NCBI RefSeq assembly: GCF_006345805.1
Contig: NC_042998.1
Coordinates: forward strand, 115,072,001 to 115,136,000
DNA length: 64,000 nt
From: Octopus sinensis
Lineage: Eukaryota
Direction: 5' to 3'
The notes below the pieces were generated by a model. The model did not search any database, had not been told where the DNA came from, and saw only the letters and a list, made by a program, of their open reading frames with translations. A program made the position numbers and the translations under genes. This document shows positions 53,540 to 64,000 of this stretch, piece after piece; the stretch's first letter is position 1; the number at the start of each line of letters is the position of its first letter.

Positions 53540-53863
53540 ATATATCTATATATATATGTATATATATATATATATGTATATATATGTATATATATATATA
53601 TACATATATAGGTACATACACATTTACATATATTTTAGTGTATACGCACACACACACATACATACTCATACATGCATATACACATACCTACATATGTGTG
53701 TGCGTGTTGGTGCAAACAGGAGAAAATTGAACTCGAAATATGAGTGTATGTATGTTTTTATTATGTATGTAGTAGAGGTAACAAAGTGACTCAATGTCTG
53801 AGAGTTTCGTGCGTTGAACTATATCAACTTGTCGAAAGATTAATATACTATATATATATATAT

Positions 53864-53910
<47 letters not shown>

Positions 53911-55804
53911 TTAATCTTTCATGTTTTAAGTGTACACACACATATATACATGTATGCATATATATATCTATATTTATGTACTTTCATATTTATATATATA
54001 TGTATACATACATACACACAGATACACATATATATACATATGTGTGTGTGTGTGTTTGTTTTTGTGTGTGCATGTGTGTGCGTGTGAATACAGAGAAACC
54101 GAAAGAGAGAAGGAGAGAGAGAGTGAGAGATAGAATGTATATATGTACGTATATGTATTTTGTATATGCGTATATATGCTTTTCACTCTTTGTGTATTAT
54201 CTCTGTCCTTTCTTTGACCCAATCATTTACACACATACACACATACACACAAACACACACAAACACACACATACACACACACGCACATAGGCACAGAGAC
54301 ACATACATGCACATGCGCGCGAAAACTCTCTTTAGCCTTGTGTATTCGTGCGTGTAAATTCATTGGCTTGTGTCGGTCGGGGTGCATGAAAATAGCTACT
54401 GTTTCGCATTCTGAGTGTATTTTGTATAGTTTTCATGTGTGCAAGTAAGCTGATCTTTCTTGGAACAATTATTTCTAATGGCTGACTTAAGTGGAATGTA
54501 TTATATTGGCATTTAAACATTTTTTTTAAAGTCACAGCTCTACATCAAACACGAATTAAAAGTCAATTTTTGTTTCTCTATTCAAACTCCCTCTCTCTCT
54601 TATCTACACTTCTTTTATTCAGCTCTTTCCTATTCTTAACACAGCCTACTTACACCCCTACTTTCACCCTCTTTCTTGGTTTCTCCCTCCCTTATTTTAA
54701 TTTTTTCCTATAAAACGCTTCCTTCGTTTTTTGTTTCGCTGATTTGATTTGAGGGCAAAAAAATTTAGCGAATGTAGACTTCGTGATTCTATTTGCTGTG
54801 TTTGTTACCGCTTTTGTTCCTGTTGTTGTTTTTATAACGTTAGTGTATTTTTTTAGCAGTCGATTTACGTTCTTTATTATTTTTACTGGTGATTTTTTTT
54901 ATAGTAGTTCTTTAACTGTTTTCTTGTTGTTGTTTCAGTTGGTGTCGGATTTTTTTTCTCTAGACAATGCTTCTCTACATATTGTTGTGGCCTCTCTGGA
55001 AGGTATGCTTTTTTATGTTTGTTATTTAAGTATTTCTTTATCTGATCTAAAATATACCAATGCGTGTGTATGTATATGTTGAAACTTCACTACCTTAGAT
55101 AAATGAATATTATTCTAGCATATATATATATATATTATTTGGTCTTTGTATGTAGATAATCATCATCTTGTGATCGTATATATTAAAAACTAAATAGAAA
55201 TTACATACATTTTATTTGAAGAATATCGAAACAACATCATAAAATGCTAGTCTAAGTATTTTTGATATTCTTTAGTGGTGTTTATAGTATATGGGTTTCT
55301 GAAACATATTTTGTGTACAGAGAGGCAAATAATGTCATTGGAGAGGATAGTTTTGTATACATACATGTGACATGTTTAGGTGACTTAGGGTTTCATTTTT
55401 CTAAATAATTAAATAAAGAAGGGATCAGGTTATAAGTAGGCAGCTATGTGTAGTTGCAGTTAGCTGATCATTTGAAGCAGCAAAAGCGATATATAACTAA
55501 GGTCAGATATGTGAAATGGTTTCTATGAGAGGATCGTGTTTAGGAAAGATTTCAATTCAGATAGTAAATATGGGAGAGGGCCGTTGACATGCTATCAGTA
55601 ATATAAAATAATAGATTTGTTTTTAGAGGAAGAAGTAGGCTATTTTCGATTTTATCGATTATCCTAGGGATGGGTGTTTCTTTCATAAATTACCACGCTT
55701 AACATATAAAGATATCGAAAAATTGCTGGAGACTCCTGCCTTGATGAAATATAACATATGAGTGTCATGATTTTTCGACAATAAGTATTGATATATGAAA
55801 AATG

Positions 55805-55962
55805 ATAGTGTCTGTGTGGTATGAAGCTTAATTCCCAACCACATGGACTCGAGTTCAGTCCCACTGCGAGGCACCTTGGGCAAGTGTCTTCTAAGTATAG
55901 TCTCGGAGTGACCAAAGCCTTATGAGTGGATTTGGTAGACGGAAACTGAATAAAGCCAGTTA

Positions 55963-55993
<31 letters not shown>

Positions 55994-55994
55994 G

Positions 55995-56030
<36 letters not shown>

Positions 56031-56258
56031 TGTATGTATGTATGTATTTGTCCCTCCACTCGCCCTCGCTTGGCAACCAAAAGTGTTGTGTTTATATCTC
56101 CATAATCTAGTTGTTCGGCAAAGGAGACTGATAGAATAAGTACTAGGCTCACAAAGAACAACTGGGGTCGATTTCTCTGACTAAAACCCTTTAAGGCGTT
56201 GCTCCAGCATAACCGCAGTCAAAATGACTGAAACAACAGAATGAAGGAATAAAAGAAT
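55805..56258 (+). mobile_element. SINE family B, full length
   Basis: Head GAGTTCAGTCCCACTGCG, CCTTGGGCAAGTGTCTT, internal repeat, tail GCTCCAGCATAACCGCAGTC. Confidence 0.9.
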
Positions 56259-56305
56259 ACACACACTCACACGCACATACATATATAAACACACGAGTAC
56301 ACACA

Positions 56306-56343
<38 letters not shown>

Positions 56344-56408
56344 CAGACCACAACACACACACACACACATATATAGTGGAGTAGAAATGTTTTTGACCAA
56401 CTGTTTTG

Positions 56409-56653
56409 TGTAAAAGATTGCCAACATAACATGGCAGTCATGGTTTAGGACGAATGTTGCTGTAATTTAGCCCCAGGAGACATCGTCTTCAGCTGGCTAT
56501 ACGACACGATTTGTGTCCTTATGTTTTCGAAAATATAAGGACACAGATCGTGTCGTATAGTCGGCTGGAGACGATGTCTCATCGGCTAAATTACAGCAAC
56601 ATTCGTCCTAAGCCAGGACTGTCATGTTATGTTGGTAAACAATCTTTACTACA
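56409..56653. mobile_element. Fold-back (palindromic) MITE-like element
   Basis: Arms of ~120 bp meet with no spacer at TTTTC|GAAAA (56528/56529). Confidence 0.85.
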
Positions 56654-56739
56654 AAGTACTATTGTTCAATATCTCACATTGTGAGAATCAAAAATAGTAA
56701 TTCTTTGTTTTGTATAAGTTTAAGATCCATGGCTGCAAG

Positions 56740-57420
56740 GGATAATTTAAACAATCGACGTGATGACCACGGTTACTAAACCAGAAACAAGTGTTCCAAT
56801 CTGTCAATTTATCTTCAGACAATATCTGTCCTTTCCCATGACATCATGTCAACTTCAGAGAAATGCTGGAGTCTTGAAATTATCACCCCTTCTGCAGTGG
56901 AGCTGCACTGAATTTTTAGTTGGTAATTATTATGATAGATCCTTTAGAGTTGAAGATAGTTTTGATAAATCACAAATTTATATTGTGTGGTATTTAATAT
57001 ACTTGTATTTATCTACGTTGTTGAATTAATTACCACTGGTCATTCTGCAGAGACACGGACCGGAAAATGTTGATGAAGAACATTTTCTCACGCCTTTCTG
57101 CAGCAGCACCAATGCATCTCGAGACTAACACAACTGGGAATGTTTACAATTTGACACTAATAGAATTAGACTTCTATCAATAGAATGGAAAATTCTGGTA
57201 TGCATTTATAACCTTCATAAGGCAGACTGTCTAAACCAAGTTATATATGGTCGTATCGCGCCTGCTATTATCCATTTTCCAAAATGCACTTTTTCAGTCT
57301 GGGACTCTCGCTGGGCTTTCAACGTAGACACTAAATTCTACAGATGCCAGCTCATCTCTAATGGATTTAAAGTCATTATATCATACTTCTGACCGCACAA
57401 ACACGCATCGCGCTTCACCT
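56740..57420 (-). pseudogene. Decayed Ty3/Gypsy gag
   Basis: VEFSVYVE, DSLPYEGYKCI and TCFWFSNRGHHVDC (degenerate CCHC knuckle) downstream of an LTR and PBS. Confidence 0.5.
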
Positions 57421-57622
57421 TCTACTGCACGACCTCCATGTTTCTTGTCGAAGTAATGGTCCGACGTAGTCTTTTGCTGTTATCACCTTAATCTTGATAC
57501 CTTTTCCAATTGTTCATTCTGATTTGCCAATTCCCACTATTTAATATTTTGTTATAATTTGTCAATTCTACTCCAATTGCTTCTTTCGGAGGGACAGGCT
57601 ATTAGCTGTTGACGATCACCAT

Positions 57623-57970
57623 TGTTAACTACCACTTAACTAATTTGCTAATGTAGTGGCTGTACGTTTTCTGCACCAGACACGACGTACCAATACCAGG
57701 CCTCTTTACACGTGTCCTACTTTGGTTGATTTTACCGATCACAACTGATTTTACCGATCACTGGCGATGTCTATACTCTCTCTGTCAAATACACTGTCTA
57801 GATACAATCTGGATGAGACGGTGCGGTTTGTCGATGTCTACATTGGAGTATATTTATGGGAAGCAGTCTGTACCTGTAATACAGGTAGAACTGATGAGTT
57901 CTCGAGGCTTTTATACTTCACCTCTCTTATTGAATTTCCTCACTCGATCAGAGCTTGCTTGTCTGCTACA
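57623..57970 (-). mobile_element. 5' LTR (348 bp) followed by a primer-binding site
   Basis: Minus strand starts TGTAG, contains TATAAAAG, ends ..TTAACA, then 1 nt and TGGTGATCGTC (PBS-like, tRNA not assigned). Confidence 0.6.
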
Positions 57971-58534
57971 CTTCCAGTTCACGACTAGAAATAACAAGTA
58001 GAACATTACTAAGAATAATATTAGGAGCCTGGAGATTTAGCCATTCTGCCCCAGTCGAGATGAAGGCAGTCTTTATAAAACAATACATGGTTAATATATG
58101 ACATTTAAACATTAATTGCCATAAACTATTTTATCAAAAACTCGATTAATTTCAATACTTTAAATCCAAGCAATAAGTTTCGCTATAAATGAATAAATAA
58201 ATAAATATTCGGTTTCAAGTTTTATCTAGACATTTTTTTTTTTTACCCACTGTATTTTTGTCTGACAAAAGTTTATTTTTGCTCTGTAGATTTATGCTTA
58301 CGGACATATGTGATTTGGACACGAACATGCCTTCTGATTATCATGAAACAGTTTATTAATGTCATCATCATCACCATCATCATTTAGTAACTCGTCCGTC
58401 GCTTTTCTAGCGATTAAAAAAAATTATTTTCTTTTTTTCTGACGTCCCTGTTTACATTCTTTTCGTTGTTACCATGAATATTAGTGACTGTAAAAAATGT
58501 AATAAATATCAATATCATCATTATTATGGCAACG

Positions 58535-58850
58535 CTAAATTCTGAGTTCAAATTCCGCCGAGGTTGACTTTGTCTTTCATCCTTTCGGGGTCAATGAATT
58601 AAGTAAGAAATCATGTACCAGTGAAACACTGCGGTCGATGTTATCGACTAGTTCCCTCCCCTTAAATTTCAGGTCTTGTTCTTATAATAGAAAGGATTGT
58701 TATTGTTATCATTATTAAGGCGCTGTGCTGGCTGAATCGTTAACACGCTGGACGAAATGTTTAAGTACCAGTTGAACACTGGGGTCGATGTAATCAACTC
58801 ATCCCCTTCTGCAAAATTGCTGCCCTTGTGGCAACCTTTGAAACCATTAT
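58535..58850 (+). mobile_element. Two SINE family A fragments
   Basis: CTGAGTTCAAATTCCGCCGAGG at about 58541 and AAGGCGCTGTGCTGGC head at about 58717. Confidence 0.82.
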
Positions 58851-58888
58851 TATTATCATGATAGTTCATTGTAGAATTTTATATATAA

Positions 58889-59128
58889 ACTAGCTGGTCC
58901 CGTGCCGTCAAAAGTGACGGCTAATTGTAGTATTTTATGTATAAAAAATGTACATAATCACACATACAAACATTCACATACTTCCCTTGTACACGCACCG
59001 ACACAGACACACACACACACACACACATACTCACACGGTGTTGAAACGCTGTTTCGTTTTTCTTTTCAGCGTTGAATGTTCACCTTCCCATTTCCATTGT
59101 ACGTACACACACATGCACGCACACACAC

Positions 59129-59187
<59 letters not shown>

Positions 59188-59379
59188 TTCACATGACTCG
59201 CTTTTACAAATACACACATACTTACGCAGAGTTGAAACGCTGTTTGAATTTTTTAGCGTATAACTTCCATTATCCACTACCATGCTTACCATTACCCCTT
59301 TCTTATTCATCTATCACCCCTTCCGTTCTCATACATATGTTGTAACGGAAAAACACACGAGAGTATCATTATAGTAGAT
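58889..59379 (+). mobile_element. Non-autonomous Helitron/Helentron-like element
   Basis: ACTAGC start, hairpin GCCGTCA-AAAG-TGACGGC, duplicated GTTGAAACGCTGTTT block, end ATTATAGTAGAT. Confidence 0.58.
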
Positions 59380-59384
59380 TACTA

Positions 59385-59690
59385 AGCGGGTGAGCTGGCA
59401 GAATCGTTAGCACGCTGAACGAAACGCTAAGCAATATTTCGCCCGTCTCTTCGTTCTGAGCTGAAATTCTGCCGAGGTCAACTTGCTTTGCATCCTTTCG
59501 GGGTCGATAAATTAAGTACTAGTGAAACACTGCGATCGATGTAATCAACTAATCCCTTTCTCACAAATCTGAGGCCTTGTACCTCCAGTAGAAACGACTA
59601 TTATTATTATTATTTTTAGGCGGCGAGCTGGCAAAATCGTTAGCATGCTGGACGAAATACTAAGCGGTATTTTGCCTGTCGATATGTTCA
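59385..59690 (+). mobile_element. SINE family A plus a second head
   Basis: GCGGGTGAGCTGGCAGAATCGTTAGCACG; a second GGCGGCGAGCTGGCAAAATCG at about 59619. Confidence 0.85.
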
Positions 59691-59790
59691 GACACAGAAG
59701 GACACAGAAATATGTATATGTGTATGTGTGTGTGTACATACGTATATACACACGCATACACAAACACATACATACACACACACACACACA

Positions 59791-59834
<44 letters not shown>

Positions 59835-61196
59835 GTTCGTATCTAACTATCTCTCTCTCTCTCTATCTATCTATATATATCTCTCTCTCTCTCTCTGTAT
59901 ATATATATATATATATGTATACACACACAGAAAGGGAGAATGAGATGAGTGTGTGTGTGTGCGCGCGTGTGTGTATGTGTGTGTGTGTAATAGAGTGAGA
60001 GTAAGAGACAGTGAGAGAGAGGAGGGAGAGAGAGAGAGAGAGAGAGAGATCAACTGAGCAGGTTAATTTTTCTCTTGGAAATTCTTCTAACAGGGATACG
60101 AAATGCGACAATCTATATATACCTAACGGGCATAACGTGTCTGTTTGGGAGTTTGACTAGAGACAGTAAGAACTATAATATTCTCACTAAGAAATATAAT
60201 TGATAACACACTGCAAATATATACATTTACTTAAGTATCAGAAGCCAGTCTGTCGTTAAATATACGGGACAGAGCTGAAATTTCAATAAATACTCGAAGT
60301 CACACGTTATTAGCAAAGCTGTGATTTACAAGTTAATGGGATGGAGAAACGAATCCATTCTTTTCCTTTATAAATATTATGACACCATGTCCACTTTCTT
60401 CTATGAGTGTTGACCAATCATTTGGCTCCTGTCTTACAGAATAACTTAATAATCTATAATGCTTCTTGTATGCTCGCTCACCACCATCTTCCGTCTTTCC
60501 GTATATTATAAGCCATCACACTTAATTACAGGCATCCGTTCCTCCATTTTTTTTTCGCCAGTTACACGTCAATATATCGTTCTTGGTTTCTCTCTCTCTT
60601 TCACTCTTCCTTTGTATATGTGTGCCTGTGTGTCGGAGTTGTGTATGTTTTGGTAGCCTGAATGTATGTATGTAAGTATGTATGTATGTATGTATGTATG
60701 TATGTATGTATGTATGTATGTATGTATGTATGTGCACATGTATGTATGTTCTACGGTCTCCCTCTAGTTGGCGATAACTGAAATCAACTGCAATATTCTT
60801 CTTCTTCTTCTTCTTCTTCTTCTTCTTCCCCTCCTCTCATTGCCTTCCCACCCCCTTTCTCTCTCTAAAACACATTTACATTTTATTATCTTTTACCCAC
60901 ATCGTGTACAACCCTTTCCTCCCTACTGGCGCAAATTTGCCTCCAATCTACACCGAGACCCTACAGCTTTATTATAGCACCAGAAGTCATATTCACGGAG
61001 TTTAAATGCTCCTCTCTTCATTCTATTACTGCTTTTACACAAATGACCCATTGTCCTAATAGGGATCAGTCCATATCATTCTTTCTTCACTCACATTCAG
61101 AATGGACTATTACTTCCCAACTTGTGGTTGTTGTTGCTGTTTATTATTATTATTATTGTTGTTATTATTATTATTATTGCTGTTGTTGTTGTTGTT

Positions 61197-61430
61197 AAGG
61201 CAGAGACCTGGCAAAATCTTTGGCACACCGGGTAAAATGCTTAGCGCTATTCCGTCCGTTTCTACATTCTCAGTTCAAAAGCCTCTGAAGTTGATTTTGC
61301 CTTTCACCCTTTTTGGAGTCGATAAAATATGTACCAGTTGAACACTTGAGGTGATGTTATCGATTTATCCACCTCCCATCCCCCTAAATTGCCGACCTTT
61401 GGAAAAATTTTGAAAACATTATAATTATTG
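61197..61430 (+). mobile_element. SINE family A (diverged)
   Basis: AAGGCAGAGACCTGGCAAAATC...GATAAAATATGTACCAGTTGAAC. Confidence 0.78.
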
Positions 61431-62012
61431 TTGAGGTTATTTTGTTGTTGCTGTTGTTATTTTTGTTGTTATTGTTGTTGTGGAGGCGGTGCTGTGGCGT
61501 GTAGATCCATATCAAATACTCTTAGTTGCATTGATATTGTATCTGGAAATGCATATTCTTTTATATGGTAAGGTGCGATTTTTGAAGGCAAGTTCACTGT
61601 TTTTTCTAACATGCATATCCATCATATTGTAGCCTACTTATTGTATTAGATATCGTTATTGTGTTTGCTTTTGTTGGTTATAATTAATCCGTCAGTAGAT
61701 TTATCACCTCTATGTCAAGCCCCTTGTGGGCAATAAAAACATAAGAAGAATGGTGTATCCTAGCCAAAACATCTTCATATAACTTTAAAAATAATCGCTG
61801 TAATCATGCATAAATGAGAAATTCTTTATTATATTGGCCAAATCAAAATTACTTAATAAACGAGACGATAAAAATTAACATGTTTACATAAAGATAAATT
61901 CTTATACTTTAAATACTGCTAATACATTCATAACAGATTATTAGCTGACCTGCCTAACATCTGATTAAATCTTCTAATCCTCCTCTTACAACAGTGCATA
62001 ATTTAACATCAC

Positions 62013-62062
62013 AATTAAATTAAATTAAATTAAATTAAATTAAATTAAATTAAATTAAATTA
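62013..62062. repeat. (TTAAA)n pentanucleotide repeat
   Basis: About 10 perfect units. Confidence 0.97.
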
Positions 62063-63309
62063 CCCGATTAATTGAATTATCTATCTTAAATCTACGATGT
62101 ACACCAAGACATATAATTCTCTATAATATATTCACTTTAAAGTTAGATCACTGACTAACATACCAATTACTAGGGCGGCCACTAACATAAGCATGATTTA
62201 TTGGGCGATTTAGCTTATCCTATCCGACGCTATTGGTTTTTGATTATATTAATGAGTAGATAGCCCGCGCCACACTTAACATGTTATTTTTTATTTATAT
62301 ATTTATTATTATATATTTTACGTAACCCAAATTTATACTTTATATCGCACTAACTTTTTAAAAGCATGCTTAGTTTTTAACAAGGGCATTATTTGTAATC
62401 ATAGGGAATTAGCAAACGGTCACAAACACTGTTATATATTACAATTAACAACACCAGATATTACTACCAGGTATAACTCCTTCGACTAACACCACCGGTC
62501 AACTAGTTACTTTCCCCACATTTGCTCCATTCTAACTGAACACACGTGGAACGCAAAAATGGCACAAAAATGTAAGCCTAAAGATTTAACGAACTTCTTC
62601 TTTTTCCTTTCATTTCCACTTTTTCTCCTTTCTATATTCCTCCGATATAAACTCTAAATCATTCTGACGATGATTGTTAAGTGGAACGAGATAAATGCAA
62701 ATTTACTTCGAAATAACAAAGTGAAACAGCCTTAAAAGTACTTGAACTACAATTAAACTATGACAGTTTAATACCAATGATCAACTTCTAATTGTTAATT
62801 GTTGCTCCATTTCTTTTCTTATCTGAATATATTAAACCATAGTTTTTACCATTTAAATTATCAACTTCTGTTAACCTAAATACAAGGCCTATACATAGTG
62901 AGGTAATACACAAGTAGTGCTTACGGATACATTTATACCTTGGACTGTTGCATAGCCTCTAACTCATAAATTTTCTATATACACACACACACACGCACAT
63001 ATATATATATATAAATATATATACATACTTAAACACATATATATACATACATATATATATATCTATACATATATATACATACATATTATACATTGATATA
63101 TATATATACATATATATATATGTACGTGCACACACATATATATATACATACATATACGAACATATATATATATAGACATGTATATATGTGTGTATACATA
63201 CATTTATATATAAATATATATATATATGTGTGTGTGCGTGTGTGTGTGTGTGTATGTAGGTATGTATGTATGTATGTATGTATGCATGTATGTATATCCT
63301 GGTCTTCTT

Positions 63310-63655
63310 ACGCACCCTTAACTTAGCGGACCGCCAAAATTTGACCCATGGAAGAAATACCAGACTTTAACAAATAAGTCCTTGGTGTCCATATAATAGT
63401 CTAAAAATTCTTCAAAGCAGTGCTCGAACGTGGCCGCCGTCTAATGACTGAAACAAATCAAAAATAAATTATTATATATATATATATAGGCGCAGGTTTG
63501 GGTTTGTGGTAAGTAGCTTGCTTGCTAACCAATGGTTCCAGGTTCAGTCCCACTGTATGGCACCTCTTGGGCAAGTGTCTTCTACTATAGCCTCAGGCCG
63601 ACCAAAGCCTCATGAGTGACTTTCATAGACGGAAACTGAAGGAAACCAGTCATAT
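63310..63655 (+). mobile_element. SINE family B tail (63310-63470) and a new head (63487-63655)
   Basis: TAACTTAGCGG...ATGACTGAAACAA, then TAGGCGCAGG...GGTTCAGTCCCACTG...GGAAACTGAAGG. Confidence 0.85.
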
Positions 63656-63681
63656 ATATATATATATATGTGTGTGTGTGT

Positions 63682-63713
<32 letters not shown>

Positions 63714-64000
63714 CATATATATACGTATGTATGAATGAAGAATAACTGTGAGTGTGAACTTATCTGTTGCCATGCATATTTAAACATTTCTGTTATTCAT
63801 TTATTATTTGTCTATCATCAGCATTGTTGTTGTTCTTATTTTAGTGTCTCTAGTATCATTATTATATAATGAAGTCATGATCAATAATTAATGTCACCAA
63901 CCTTCACTAATAAAATAATATCATTGTAACAATACCCATCATAGACAATCAAATGCACGTATATATGTATATAAAGATATGGTGGCAATATATTGTAGCT

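Noticed and set aside
58215-58253. Tc1-like TIR (TA-CAGTGGGTAAAAAA) on the minus strand
   Set aside because: No partner TIR or transposase remnant was found nearby.

Overview
AT-rich eukaryotic, mostly non-coding DNA packed with microsatellites ((TA)n, (CA)n, (TACA)n, (TATC)n, trinucleotide blocks) and one 100-N assembly gap (53440-53539). The tRNA-headed SINE families resemble ones I recall from octopus genomes, so an Octopus-like cephalopod is the likely source (inference, no search run). Almost all ORFs in the supplied track are microsatellite translations. I could not confidently identify any host protein-coding gene; there are only low-confidence exon candidates, the most coherent being a minus-strand 5' end at about 41.5-39.36 kb. 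Identifiable content is transposon debris: about 25 SINE copies from four families, CR1-like, R4/Dong-like and RTE-like LINE fragments, a Penelope-like GIY-YIG remnant, mariner, maT/Tc1 and pogo remnants, MITEs, Helitron-like elements and two decayed Ty3/Gypsy gag regions. The main second-look signals are (i) type I hammerhead-ribozyme-like folds in short cassettes inside (TA)n tracts (best at 32126-32210), (ii) two (TA)n-centred inverted duplications, (iii) a 245-bp fold-back element, and (iv) the candidate minus-strand transcript with an in-frame stop between two open frames.
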